From a virus (taxonomy: Duplodnaviria > Caudoviricetes): 40,439 nt of DNA. Below the pieces are notes generated by a model. That model saw nothing but the letters and a program-made list of their open reading frames with translations. It searched no databases and was not told the origin of the DNA. The stretch's first letter is position 1, and each line of letters opens with the position of its first letter. A program made the translations under genes and the position numbers. Below are positions 7,734-17,439 of this stretch, piece after piece. The stretch spans positions 1 to 40,439 of the IMG/VR virus record IMGVR_UViG_3300032155_000017, one strand, 5' to 3'.

Positions 7734-8477
7734 ATGGAAACATCACACTGGAATGTCGATTGGGAAAAATGGAATGCAGATCTTCGGTCTGGAGAATTAA
7801 TTTCTTTTTGTGTGAAGGGAACTGCATATGAAAATGACAATGGAGAAAGCAGAGCAAGTATAATAGACAAAATGAATACAAGTGAGCGCGTCGAGCTAAA
7901 ACATGATATTAATAATAAATATGACAGTGATGCGATAGGGGTATATTGCGCCAATGGCATGATAGGATATGTCCCTAAAGGAATGCTGGATGAAGTTTCG
8001 TCTGTTATAAAAGATGATGTAATGGTTAAGGCTAAGGTTAAAACGGGGCAATTTTCGCAAAAATATGTCGTAATTGAAATTCTTATTCCACAAAAAACCG
8101 GACATAGAAACACTAAAAACTATACTCTAGAGTCAAAAGTTGTGGGAATTTCAAAAGACGAAAAAGAAAACATTGTTCCATTTTTAGATATTGGTGAAGA
8201 GGTTTTGGTTTTTTTCATATATAGCAAGAGCGATTGCAGATATTCAGACGATGTATATGTTACCCCAAAAAGCTATTTCACCTACGATGATGAAACAATA
8301 CTCGGAAGATTAGAGAAAAAGAGTGCCCTAGAATTTAAAAAACACATCGAAACAACTATTCAAGATGAAATCAACTGGTTTGATATGCAAAGAAAAGGTT
8401 ACGTTGTGCGCGGAAGCGTGAAGAGTGCATCCCCTTCTGGCCAGCTAATAGTAAAGATAGAGGTGGGAAAGGCATGA
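7734..8477 (+). CDS. AT-rich moron: HIRAN-domain protein (possibly tandem HIRAN)
   Basis: VKGTAY...NKYDSDAIGVY...IGYVPK HIRAN signature; second degenerate repeat KVVGISK...ILGRL; antisense to the phage genes and low GC. Confidence 0.75.
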   Translation: METSHWNVDWEKWNADLRSGELISFCVKGTAYENDNGESRASIIDKMNTSERVELKHDINNKYDSDAIGVYCANGMIGYVPKGMLDEVSSVIKDDVMVKAKVKTGQFSQKYVVIEILIPQKTGHRNTKNYTLESKVVGISKDEKENIVPFLDIGEEVLVFFIYSKSDCRYSDDVYVTPKSYFTYDDETILGRLEKKSALEFKKHIETTIQDEINWFDMQRKGYVVRGSVKSASPSGQLIVKIEVGKA

Positions 8478-8541
8478 CAAACTGCACAGAAATGTATCCA
8501 TCACGCGGTGATTACACTCGGAAGCCATCTACGGGAATCTC

Positions 8542-9144
8542 ATGCAAGACCGCGATATATACGACATAATAAATACATGCGCCTCTGTTTTTTCGGCCAT
8601 AGGGACAGTCGGCGCTGTGTCTCTCACAATGTACATGCTATACACAAAATCCCGGCAAGGAATTAAAATGTCCATTGAAATCGGGAGTGTATGGACTTTC
8701 CGCTCAGGGGAGCAACTTTTTATCTCCAACGAATCTTGTTCGGATGAACTCAAAGACATTGCCACCGAGCAGGAAAAATTTTTACTATTAACAATAAGAA
8801 ACACATGTGAAACGCAGATTAATATTGAATCATTATATATTTCGTGCCCCGGCTGTAAGCAGTCATGCATGATATCTGCAACCTTTACTGATCCAAATTA
8901 CTACACAGCGCACATTTCTCCTCACACTTCACATTCATTCAAAATACCATACGATTTAGTTTCTCAAAATAGATATATTGAACGCATTGAAGACATTGAC
9001 AACATAAAGCTATACATACAAACAACAATGGGAAGCACATTCAGTTCGTTTATTCCTGAAGAACTTAAGCAAGATATTAAACGCCGCAACACAACCTACT
9101 CCGCCTCCCCCGTCGTCCCACCCGAATCCCCCGGATGGCGGTGA
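8542..9144 (+). CDS. AT-rich moron: hypothetical protein with N-terminal TM segment
   Basis: 200-aa low-GC ORF; hydrophobic ASVFSAIGTVGAVSLTMYML; 3' end overlaps the gp45 stop. Confidence 0.65.
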   Translation: MQDRDIYDIINTCASVFSAIGTVGAVSLTMYMLYTKSRQGIKMSIEIGSVWTFRSGEQLFISNESCSDELKDIATEQEKFLLLTIRNTCETQINIESLYISCPGCKQSCMISATFTDPNYYTAHISPHTSHSFKIPYDLVSQNRYIERIEDIDNIKLYIQTTMGSTFSSFIPEELKQDIKRRNTTYSASPVVPPESPGWR

Positions 9145-9722
9145 TGACGCAGACTGATACCCCCGGCGACGTGGTCCCCTTCAGAGGTCACGTCGCCGGT
9201 CGTGTTCAGGTCCGCGTCCAGGGTGGCCCGTGCGCGGGTGCCGTCCATACCGCCGAAGCCCAGAGTCGGTGACGTGAAGGTGGTCCCCTCGCTGGCCGTG
9301 GCCTGCCACTGCTTGGTTTCCATCCGGATGGATTCCCTGGCGGCCACGCGGAAGTGGTCGCAATCCACCTCCACGATCTTCTCCTTCTTCAGCGTGATCT
9401 TCGCGCCCCACTGGTTGTAAACGCACACCTCGCCCCCTTGCAGGGCCTGCACGCGGAAGGCCCCGTTTTCGGTGGCCACCACCACGGAATGGGCCGTCTT
9501 GCCGCCCAACGGCAGCAGGATGCACTGCGTACCGGCGGGTGGGGCCGAGGTGAAGCCGAAGTGCTGGAACAGCTCCGCCGCCTGCACCTGCTCCCCGGCC
9601 AGCGCCGCCGCCTGCACCAGTTGCACGCCGGGCTTGCTGTCCAGCCCGGTAAGCCGGGCGCGGAACGCCTGCCGCACCGTGGCCAGCGTGCGGTTGATCA
9701 TGGCCTGCACGCGCTGCATCAT
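9096..9722 (-). CDS. baseplate spike protein gp45 / gpV
   Basis: ELFQHFGFTSAPPAG, GEVCVYNQWG, C-terminal SLRHHRH iron-binding HxH tip. Confidence 0.9.
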   Translation of the reverse strand: MMQRVQAMINRTLATVRQAFRARLTGLDSKPGVQLVQAAALAGEQVQAAELFQHFGFTSAPPAGTQCILLPLGGKTAHSVVVATENGAFRVQALQGGEVCVYNQWGAKITLKKEKIVEVDCDHFRVAARESIRMETKQWQATASEGTTFTSPTLGFGGMDGTRARATLDADLNTTGDVTSEGDHVAGGISLRHHRHPGDSGGTTGEAE

Positions 9723-9751
9723 GGCCGGGTCTTCCCTCTGTGTGCCAGCCC

Positions 9752-9832
9752 CCTTTCGCCGCGTGCGGCGAAAGGCATACGGGGTGCAGGGGACGCGGTC
9801 CCCTGCCGGGGGTGCGGGGGCAGCGCCCCCGC
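9752..9832. repeat. cluster of three GC-rich palindromes (REP-like)
   Basis: CCTTTCGCCGC/GCGGCGAAAGG; GCAGGGGAC/GTCCCCTGC; GCGGGGGC/GCCCCCGC between gp44 and gp45. Confidence 0.55.
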
Positions 9833-9851
9833 TGTGTCACGCTGCCACGTC

Positions 9852-10952
9852 CTACACATCCACCACCTCCATCTCCGTTGCCGCGTCGCCCTTCTTGCGT
9901 TTGCGGTGCTTGCCCACGTCCGGCAGCCACACGCCGTCTTCCTTCAGCAGCAGTTCCGTTACCTGTCCCCGGTCGCGGCCACCGATGAAGGTGCGCCGCA
10001 TCAGGAACAGGGTGGCGTCCAGCCCGTGCGGTTCGGACAGCACGCGCACCCGCTGCCCCGGTTCCCACAGGGGGCCGGTGCCGGTGGCGTCGGTACAACG
10101 GTGACCTCGCACGGTGGCCTGCACCTGAAAGCCGGACAGTCGCCCGTCGGCCAGCAGCTTGCGGGCGCGGCGGCGGGCCATGTCTTCCGTGTCGCACTGC
10201 GATTCCACAACCACCTTGGGCCGGTGCCACGCCACGCCGGAATCCCTGGCCACCGCGCGCAGGGCGTGTTCGCCCTCGGCGTCTTCCGTGCCGTGGTTCT
10301 GGCCCAGCACGGTGACCTCCGAATGCCGCCCCTCCACGGATTCGCTGACGGTCAGGGACAGCATGTTGTTGACGCGCCCCTCGTCGCCAAAGCGCAGCAC
10401 AAGGTCTGCCACGGGCTGCGCGGTGTAGTCCGGGCCGCCCACCACCAGCGTGCCGTCCGGCGCGAACCACGGCCACATGCCGTTGGCCTCGGCCACCTGT
10501 TGCAGGGCGTCCCACGCGGTCATGCCCGGTTCCACGGTAATCTTCTCGCGCCGGTCGCCAGTACTCACCCGGACGCGGCTGATGCCCAGCGGTCGCACGA
10601 TGCGCGCCACGGCCTCTTCCAGGTCGATCTGCCGGGCCACGAACAGCGGCGCGGAACAATCCACCAGTACGGCGGCACCATCCCGCCCGGACAGAGACAG
10701 GGTATGCTGCCCCTTGCGGATGGCCCGTTCCACCCGGTCGATGCGGCCAGACAGCACCGCCTGCCCGCCCACGGCCATGGTGACGGCGGCCCACGGGCGC
10801 ACCGACTGCGGCACGGCGTCCGCCGGGATGCCCAGCGACACGCGCCACGCATCGGCGGGGGTCAGCAGGTCGCTGTCCAGTTCGTAGCTGGTCCAGTCGC
10901 GGTGTTCCCTGCCGCCCACGATCAGGGTGACGGCGTCGCGTTCAGCGGGCAT
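9852..10952 (-). CDS. baseplate hub protein gp44 (Mu gpP)
   Basis: WTSYELDSDLLTPADAW, GRDGAAVLVDCSAP, LWEPGQRV motifs; start set at MPAERD. Confidence 0.9.
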   Translation of the reverse strand: MPAERDAVTLIVGGREHRDWTSYELDSDLLTPADAWRVSLGIPADAVPQSVRPWAAVTMAVGGQAVLSGRIDRVERAIRKGQHTLSLSGRDGAAVLVDCSAPLFVARQIDLEEAVARIVRPLGISRVRVSTGDRREKITVEPGMTAWDALQQVAEANGMWPWFAPDGTLVVGGPDYTAQPVADLVLRFGDEGRVNNMLSLTVSESVEGRHSEVTVLGQNHGTEDAEGEHALRAVARDSGVAWHRPKVVVESQCDTEDMARRRARKLLADGRLSGFQVQATVRGHRCTDATGTGPLWEPGQRVRVLSEPHGLDATLFLMRRTFIGGRDRGQVTELLLKEDGVWLPDVGKHRKRKKGDAATEMEVVDV

Positions 10953-12282
10953 ACCCCACCACCTCCTGCCCGGCGGCAAGGAAATTGGGGTTGCGGATGG
11001 CCGGGTTCAGGCGCTCCAGTTCGGCGGCGCGGCGGTAGTCGCCATACAGGCGGTGGGCCAGCAGGTGCAGGTTGCAGGGGGCGTCCACCACGTGGGTCAC
11101 CAGCGGCGGACTTTGTTCGATGACCGCCGCGCCCAGTTCCTGCAACGCCAGCGCCGCATCGCGCAGGGCCTGCGCCACGGCGTAGGCGTCCTGCGCGGGC
11201 AGGACGATGCGCGCGCCGTCCATGGCGTCCTGAATGCGGTCGCGCAGGTTGCCCACCACGGCCTCCACTTCCTGCGGGGTCAGGGTGGGCGCGGCGGCCT
11301 CCTCCTGCAACAGCGCAGTGGCCTGTTCCGTTAGCAGCGCCGTTTGCGTGACGTTGGCCAGCACGGCCAGTTGCGCGTTGGTGGCACCCTGCGGGGTGGA
11401 AAGGTCCGCCTGCTGGGCCGGGCGCGCGGCGTCCGCCGTGGGTATGCTGACCGTGGGCGAGGTAACGGCCTGCCCCGTGGACGGCCCGGCGGCCATGCTG
11501 CCCGCGTAGGCGCTGACGCCCGCCGGGTAGCTGCGGCCCGTGCCGCCGGTCAGGCTGCGCGACGGGAACGCCTGCGACAGCTTTTGCCAGTTGCGAAAGC
11601 CACCGCCCTGCACTGCCAACGGGTCTGCCGCCACCTGCTGCGCGGCCTGAAGATCGGACAGGTAGGCGGACGGAAAGTCCAGGTAGTACACCGCAGACCG
11701 CCCGGCGCGCTGCACGGCATCGTACTCGTCCAGCGTGCCGTGCATGCTGTTCAGCACGTCCACCTTGTCGGCAAGGCTGTACTGCTTGGCGGTCTGTTCC
11801 AGCCAGCGCGCGAAGGAGTGGCCCGACGCCTCGCTGGCCTCGCCCGTCGCCCCTTCCGCGTTCAGGGCCGCGCCTTCCGCCGCGCCGCGCGCGCCCGTTG
11901 CGCCAAGAAAGGCGTTGTCCGTCCCGGCCTCCACGAATTCCAGCGCCACCTCGGCGTAGTCGGGCTGCTCCCCTTCGTGCGGGATGTCCCACGAGGCCGC
12001 GCGCACGGTGACGGAGCCGAACACCGGATGCACCAGTTCGCCGGGGCCGGATTCCTCCAGCGCCGCCACCAGTCTTGCCAGCCCGGCCTCGTACTGCGGG
12101 CCGTTGAAGACGGCGGTAAGGCTGATGCGCCGGGCCTTGCGCCCCATGTCTTCCACTTCCGCGCCGGGGCGGTAGGGGTATTCGTGCTCCACCAGGGCGC
12201 GTTCGCCCTTGTCGCGGGTGCGCAGCACCTCGAAGCTCGCGCCCCGAAAGCTGGCGTCCAGCAGGTTGTCTTTCCATGCCAT
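10942..12282 (-). CDS. DNA circularisation protein (Mu gpN / gp43)
   Basis: LLDASFRGASF, EHEYPY, EDMGRKAR, GELVHPVFG, LAHRLYGD...LNPAIRNPNF. Confidence 0.9.
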   Translation of the reverse strand: MAWKDNLLDASFRGASFEVLRTRDKGERALVEHEYPYRPGAEVEDMGRKARRISLTAVFNGPQYEAGLARLVAALEESGPGELVHPVFGSVTVRAASWDIPHEGEQPDYAEVALEFVEAGTDNAFLGATGARGAAEGAALNAEGATGEASEASGHSFARWLEQTAKQYSLADKVDVLNSMHGTLDEYDAVQRAGRSAVYYLDFPSAYLSDLQAAQQVAADPLAVQGGGFRNWQKLSQAFPSRSLTGGTGRSYPAGVSAYAGSMAAGPSTGQAVTSPTVSIPTADAARPAQQADLSTPQGATNAQLAVLANVTQTALLTEQATALLQEEAAAPTLTPQEVEAVVGNLRDRIQDAMDGARIVLPAQDAYAVAQALRDAALALQELGAAVIEQSPPLVTHVVDAPCNLHLLAHRLYGDYRRAAELERLNPAIRNPNFLAAGQEVVGYAR

Positions 12283-12302
12283 GCGATGATCCCGTTGCGC
12301 CG

Positions 12303-14243
12303 TTAGTGGCGGGTGGCGTCGCGCCCGTTCACTTCGTTGACGGCGCGGGCCACTTCCCGGCCATCCAGTTGCAGCACCGATTCCACGCGCACCACGCGCT
12401 CGTCCTTGAAGATCATGTCGCCCAGCTTCTGGCCAAGGCCGGTGCCGCCCAGCCAGCCCAGCAGCCCGCCGCCGATGCCGCCCACGCCCGCGCCCACGGC
12501 GGTGCCGATGCCGGGGGCCACCAGCGTGCCCAGCGCGGCCCCGGCCTTGGCCCCCAGCGATGCCCCGGCCAGCGTTCCGCCAAGCCCGCCCGCCGTGGCC
12601 ACGTGGGCGGCGTTCTTGTCGTTGCGGCTCATGGCGCTTTGCTCGGTGGCGTACACGTCATAGGCGGCACCGGCCACGGCCAGCAGGCCACCGGCGCGCC
12701 CGGCAAGGCGACCGGCCAACTTACCGAACCCAGCGCCGCGCCCCGCCGCACCGGCTGCGCCCCCCGCCCCGGCGGCACCGGCACCGCCGGTCAGCATGCG
12801 CAGCCCGCCAAAGGCCGCAGCAGCCGCCGTCATGGCACCTATGGCCGTGGCCGCCTCCATGGCCGCCGTGGTCAGGGCGGGAAATTCGGCACCGAACGCG
12901 GCCAGCCTTTCCATGGCCGGGTCCAGGTAGGGCTTCACGTGGGCCAGCATGCCGGATGCGGCGATGTCCTTCTCGTTGCTGGCCTGCTGCGCCTTGAAGG
13001 CAGAGGTGGAGGCCACCACGCCGAAGGCGGTTTCGCCCGCGCCGGTGGCGTTGCGCATGCCGCCCAGCACGTCGGCCACGTAGCCCTTCTGGGTCATCTC
13101 CGCGACAAGGGCCAGCAGGGCCTGCCGGTCCTGCATCACCCGGCCCACGGCGGACGCCTGAAGAATGTCGGCCATGTCGTTCAGGGCGGACGCGCGGTCG
13201 CCGCCGGTGGCCCCTGCGGCTTTCGCACGCGCGGCCTGAAAGCGTTTGTCCCTGCCCACCACGCGGGTTTCCACCAGCCGGATGAACGCATCCAGCGGCA
13301 GTTCGCCATTTTCGCGGGCCTTGGCCAGCGACCCGGAAAGGTCGATGCCCAGCTTCCTGAAGTCCAGCGCGGCATCGCTGCTGTTCATCTTGGCCAGCAG
13401 GTTGACGAGGTTGTTACCCGCCTGGTCCTTGTTGCCCGCCGTGACGGCGGACGCCTGCGCGCTGGCCAGAATGCGCTCGAACCCGGCCATGCCCTTCATG
13501 CCCTGCGCGTTGGCCATCATCTGCGGCAGCCAGCGGGCCATGTCCTTCAGTTCAAAGCCGCCCATCTGCCCGGCCACCATGGCCCGGTCCAGCGCGGCCT
13601 GCGCTTCTTCCGGCTTGAAGAAGCCCTGCTGCACGCCCCGGATGACGATGTCCGCAAGGTCGCCGGATGCCGCGCCCGACGCGGTGGAATACTTCTGCAA
13701 CACCGGCAGCAGGCTGGTTGCCGCGTCCGCCTGGATGGCCCCGGACGCCAGCATCTTGTCCAGCGCCTCGGCGGCTTCGTCGCGGGTGCCGCCGCCGGTG
13801 CGCACGGCCCCGGTGATGGAGGCGTCCAGTTGGGTCATGCCCGCACGGCGGCCCGCCACGTCGCGCTCGGCATAGGCGGTGTTGGCCATCTGCGCCACGC
13901 GGCGCTCGTAGTCCATGGGCTTGGCCAGCGCCCGCCCGGCCACGTAACCGCCCGCTGCCACGCCCGCCTGCACCTGTCCTACCGCCTTCACGGCGTTGGA
14001 TGCAGCGCTGGCCACCCCGCGCAGCGACTGCATGGCCGTGCGCGACAGGCGGTCCACCTGCCGCAACCCGTTCAGCAGGCCGCCGAAGCGCATGCGGTCC
14101 GTATCGGCGCTGGCGCGGGCAAGGCCACGGGCTGCCGTGGTGGCATCCCCGGCAGCCCGCGTCACGCCGTCCAGCGCCCGCCCCGCATCGCGCCCCATCT
14201 GGTTGCGCAGCCGCAGCATTACCTGCACGACCATGTCGTTCAT
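12303..14243 (-). CDS. tail tape measure protein
   Basis: 646-aa Ala/Gly-rich protein; AGQMGGFELKDMARWLP; C-terminal LDGREVARAV; position after the tail chaperone. Confidence 0.88.
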   Translation of the reverse strand: MNDMVVQVMLRLRNQMGRDAGRALDGVTRAAGDATTAARGLARASADTDRMRFGGLLNGLRQVDRLSRTAMQSLRGVASAASNAVKAVGQVQAGVAAGGYVAGRALAKPMDYERRVAQMANTAYAERDVAGRRAGMTQLDASITGAVRTGGGTRDEAAEALDKMLASGAIQADAATSLLPVLQKYSTASGAASGDLADIVIRGVQQGFFKPEEAQAALDRAMVAGQMGGFELKDMARWLPQMMANAQGMKGMAGFERILASAQASAVTAGNKDQAGNNLVNLLAKMNSSDAALDFRKLGIDLSGSLAKARENGELPLDAFIRLVETRVVGRDKRFQAARAKAAGATGGDRASALNDMADILQASAVGRVMQDRQALLALVAEMTQKGYVADVLGGMRNATGAGETAFGVVASTSAFKAQQASNEKDIAASGMLAHVKPYLDPAMERLAAFGAEFPALTTAAMEAATAIGAMTAAAAAFGGLRMLTGGAGAAGAGGAAGAAGRGAGFGKLAGRLAGRAGGLLAVAGAAYDVYATEQSAMSRNDKNAAHVATAGGLGGTLAGASLGAKAGAALGTLVAPGIGTAVGAGVGGIGGGLLGWLGGTGLGQKLGDMIFKDERVVRVESVLQLDGREVARAVNEVNGRDATRH

Positions 14244-14246
14244 GCG

Positions 14247-14438
14247 CTATTTCCTCTTCAGCCTGCGGTTGACCACCCGCCTGCTGCCCGGCGCGGGGCC
14301 GTGCCCCGTCAGCAGTTCGATGTAGGTGCGGATTTCGGGCAGGGACATGGCCCGCACCTCTTCCAGCCGGAAGCCGCGATGCACCAGGGCCAGTTCCGCC
14401 AGCCTCAGCTCGCGGCAACGGCGCTCGCGGCCATCAGC
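14247..14438 (-). CDS. -1 frameshift extension of the tail assembly chaperone (gpGT-like)
   Basis: slippery A AAA AAG at 14444-14438; the -1 frame is open for 63 codons (ADGRERR...EEVRAMSLPEIRTYIELL...RK*). Confidence 0.75.
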   Translation of the reverse strand, partial: ADGRERRCRELRLAELALVHRGFRLEEVRAMSLPEIRTYIELLTGHGPAPGSRRVVNRRLKRK

Positions 14439-14734
14439 TTTTTTCGCAGCCGGTCCTCCGCCGCGTTGAGCTGACCGAACTCGGTATCCGGCAGCGCCCC
14501 CAGCAGTTCGGGGGTAATGGCATCCTGCGGCAGCGTGCCCAGCCGGGTGATGGTGCGCGCCCAGATGTAGCGGGTGATGCGGGTTGGATTGGCCCCTTCG
14601 CCCGCCTCTGCCATGGCGTCTTCCACGTCGGCCATGGTGGGCAGGCGCATCTCGAAGTCCTTGTGCCAGTCACCGGATTCATCCTGCCAGCCGATGGTCA
14701 GGGTGCCGGTTTCGGTCATGGGGGTGCGGGTCAT
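14405..14734 (-). CDS. tail assembly chaperone (Mu gp41-like)
   Basis: 109 aa between tube and tape measure; FEMRLPTMADVEDA. Confidence 0.8.
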   Translation of the reverse strand: MTRTPMTETGTLTIGWQDESGDWHKDFEMRLPTMADVEDAMAEAGEGANPTRITRYIWARTITRLGTLPQDAITPELLGALPDTEFGQLNAAEDRLRKKLMAASAVAAS

Positions 14735-14737
14735 GGT

Positions 14738-15112
14738 CTATTCCTCCACGCGGTCCATTGCCGCCAGCGTCACATCCACCTTGGCCTCGTTGTCCACGCT
14801 GTACTTGCGGGCATCGTCCATGGCCACGCAGTCCAGATACGATTCGCGGGTGCCCCCTTCGGTCACGGGGTAGATGGTCACCTTGGCCCCCACGATGGCG
14901 TCCCAATCGGGGGCGTTCTCCTTGGGGATGGGCAGGGTGAGCTTCAGCGTCCATTCATGCACGCCCTGCGCGAAGCCGCTGGGCTTGCCCTTGCGGTTCA
15001 TGGTCTTCACCAGTTTGCGACCGCTCTTGTGGTCGATGTCCACGGACTCGACCTCGTATTCCTTGCCGTCGATTTCGAGGATGACGGCGCCGAGGTATTC
15101 CTTCAGGGCCAT
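14738..15112 (-). CDS. tail tube protein
   Basis: EYLGAVILEIDG...GRKLVKTMN; follows the sheath gene. Confidence 0.8.
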   Translation of the reverse strand: MALKEYLGAVILEIDGKEYEVESVDIDHKSGRKLVKTMNRKGKPSGFAQGVHEWTLKLTLPIPKENAPDWDAIVGAKVTIYPVTEGGTRESYLDCVAMDDARKYSVDNEAKVDVTLAAMDRVEE

Positions 15113-15124
15113 GGGGTTCTCTCC

Positions 15125-16546
15125 TTACAGCAACAGGTCGATGCGGCCCGCAAAGACATGCAGCCCGTTGACCACATCGACCGGGATCTTCGCGTTCAGG
15201 CGGTTGGCGTCCTGCGCGTCGCGCTCCACGATGACGCCGGGCAGGTTGGCCTTCACTTCCTCTACGATTTCCAGTTCTTCCAGCTTCAGCAGCACGTCTA
15301 TGATCTCGCTGCGCACCTTGGGGGGCGTGCGGGCGGACAGCTTCTCGCGCGGGAAGCGCAGGCTGATGCGTTCGCGCACGGCCTTGCGCACGTAGTCCAG
15401 CGTGCGGATGGTGGTCAGGTCCAGCAGGGACACGTCGTCCACGCCCTGGGCGTCCACCGTGTAGGTGGTGACGGCGCGCACTATCTGCACCACGTCGCCC
15501 GGCCCCGTTTCCAGCGGGGTGACGCCGTTGTGCAGGGCCGTTTCCTGCTCCATGCGGCCAAGGCGTTTGGCCACCGGCGGCACGGCAATGCCCGAAAGCG
15601 TCAGGGTGTTCAGGGGGCGGGCGGGGTCTTCCTCGCTGGCGACCACGGCCCCGTAAGCGGCGGCCACCTCGTGCGGCAGGCTGACCGTGCCGGGCAGCAC
15701 CGCGCCGCAGATGCGCCCGCTGTTGACCTGACCGGCCAGCGTGGTGGCCTGCGCCAGCGTGCCGGTGGTGGCGAACACGCCCACGGCCCCGCGCTGTTCC
15801 AGCGCGTGCGACACGGCGTCCAGGTGGTCGCGCAGGGTGGCAAGGTTGTCCTGCGCGGCGTAGGGCGTGACCAGAATGTGGTGCCCGCCCAGAAACAGGG
15901 CGGCCAGCGCACCGGCAATGTCCGGGTCCGTTTGCCCGCCGGACATGGCCGTTACCTGCACGGTCAGCCCCTGCACCGTATGGCTGGCGGAAAGCGGCAC
16001 CTGATTGCCCAGCGCGCCCTTGTTGCGCGCCGTGAGGGTGACCACGCCGCCCTCTGCGGCAGGCGTGACCGGCAGGTAGCGGGCCGTGCCGACGGCCTGC
16101 GCCAGCGCGGCGGCGACAACGGCGGCAGTGTCGCCCTTGGCCACGGCGATCTTCACGGTCTGGTTGCCGATGGCCAGCGCGATGACGCCCGAAGACGTGG
16201 CCGTGCCGATGATGCCCACGGTGCCGGACGCGGCAATGGACGCATCGTCGTCATCCACGGCCACCACGGTCAGGTACAGGTACGGGTTGGCGATGATGGC
16301 GGCGCGCACCATCAGGTGGGCCACGCTGCCCTCGCCAAACAGGATGCGGGCTTCCTCGTCCGAAAACACGTCCACCGGCACCAGCGCGGGCTGGCTGCCC
16401 CCGGCGGTGCGCTGGGCCACCAGCAGCACGCGCTGTTCGTTGGCGGGCAGCGTGCGCACGGCAAGGCGGGTGTTGAACTCCAGGTACTTGCCCGGCTTGC
16501 GGATGGACGACGGCAGCGTGTCGAAGGAAACGTTAGGGCTTGCCAC
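15125..16546 (-). CDS. tail sheath protein (Mu gpL)
   Basis: SIRKPGKYLEFN, EEDPARPLNTL, LHNGVTPL, TIRTLDYVR, VVNGLHVFAG. Confidence 0.93.
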   Translation of the reverse strand: MASPNVSFDTLPSSIRKPGKYLEFNTRLAVRTLPANEQRVLLVAQRTAGGSQPALVPVDVFSDEEARILFGEGSVAHLMVRAAIIANPYLYLTVVAVDDDDASIAASGTVGIIGTATSSGVIALAIGNQTVKIAVAKGDTAAVVAAALAQAVGTARYLPVTPAAEGGVVTLTARNKGALGNQVPLSASHTVQGLTVQVTAMSGGQTDPDIAGALAALFLGGHHILVTPYAAQDNLATLRDHLDAVSHALEQRGAVGVFATTGTLAQATTLAGQVNSGRICGAVLPGTVSLPHEVAAAYGAVVASEEDPARPLNTLTLSGIAVPPVAKRLGRMEQETALHNGVTPLETGPGDVVQIVRAVTTYTVDAQGVDDVSLLDLTTIRTLDYVRKAVRERISLRFPREKLSARTPPKVRSEIIDVLLKLEELEIVEEVKANLPGVIVERDAQDANRLNAKIPVDVVNGLHVFAGRIDLLL

Positions 16547-16817
16547 GGGTGGCCTCCTTGCTGACGCTGGTGGCGGGTTCTTCGTCGCCTACCTTGGGCG
16601 ACGCAGTCGGCGCGGTAGCGCCTGAAAGGTCGGCGGCGGGCGAAGGCGGCTTTGCCGCGTTCGCATCCGAACCGCCACTGGCAGGGATCAAATCGCCATC
16701 GGTGATGCGGCGGCGGTAGTACGGGGTATCCGGCACTTCCACCGGGGTCTGTTCGATGTACCGGCGGGGCATGCCTTCCATGGGCACCTTCACGCCGGGG
16801 ACGGCTTTCACGAGCAT
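16533..16817 (-). CDS. gp38-like protein (DUF2635)
   Basis: VKAVPGVKVPME...VPDTPYYRRRITDGDL. Confidence 0.8.
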   Translation of the reverse strand: MLVKAVPGVKVPMEGMPRRYIEQTPVEVPDTPYYRRRITDGDLIPASGGSDANAAKPPSPAADLSGATAPTASPKVGDEEPATSVSKEATRGKP

Positions 16818-16818
16818 G

Positions 16819-17439
16819 TCAGTTCCTCCCCTGTTGCAGGGTCAGCAGGTCCACGGCGTCGGCCTCGCCGTCGTCGGGTTGCAGGTGGTAGCGCAGGCCC
16901 ACGGCTGCCAGTTCCGGCAGGGGCGCGCCGGGGGGCGTGGCCGGGTTCAGCGGCGGCGCGGGCAGGCGCAGGGGGTAGCGGGTGTGCCATTCCTGCGCGT
17001 AGACGCTGACGCCCTGGTCTTGCAGCCTGCCGTTGTACAGGCTGCGGGTGCGACCGGGCCGCAGCGGGTCCATTTCCAGCCCCTGGGCCGCCCCCTGTTC
17101 CGTGAAATCCTGGCACATCAGCAGGGCGCGCACGTCTTCCAGCATCTGGTAGGTGCCCACCTGCACGGCGTCGCCCTTGCGGGTGGCCGCCTCGTTGCGC
17201 AGGTTGCGGGCCGCCACCAGCACCACCCACGTGGCGGGCACGTGCCAGACTGTGCGGCTGGTGCCCACGGGCGCGGGGTCTCCCTCGCCCTTGAAGGCCA
17301 CCCACACGGCAGGAAAGGCCCGGACAACCTGCCGGGCATCCCCGTCCAGTTCGCCGCCGTAGGTGGCCACGGTGCGCAGGTACGGCAGCCCGGCCTCGCC
17401 AAGGCGGCGGATGATGGCGTCCTCTATGGCGGCGATCAT
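16819..17439 (-). CDS. gp37-like tail terminator (DUF1834)
   Basis: MIAAIEDAII...VATYGGELD...PAVWV; ATGA overlap with gp36. Confidence 0.82.
   Translation of the reverse strand: MIAAIEDAIIRRLGEAGLPYLRTVATYGGELDGDARQVVRAFPAVWVAFKGEGDPAPVGTSRTVWHVPATWVVLVAARNLRNEAATRKGDAVQVGTYQMLEDVRALLMCQDFTEQGAAQGLEMDPLRPGRTRSLYNGRLQDQGVSVYAQEWHTRYPLRLPAPPLNPATPPGAPLPELAAVGLRYHLQPDDGEADAVDLLTLQQGRN

Noticed and set aside
7600-7800. Short ORF overlapping the HIRAN gene start
   Set aside because: No good start or RBS and no recognisable content; cannot be supported
12276-14474. Long + strand ORF (732 aa) and similar ones at 14663-16564, 18254-20206, 24688-26937 and 34680-36854
   Set aside because: Antisense shadows of well-supported minus-strand genes in high-GC DNA, with no domain motifs
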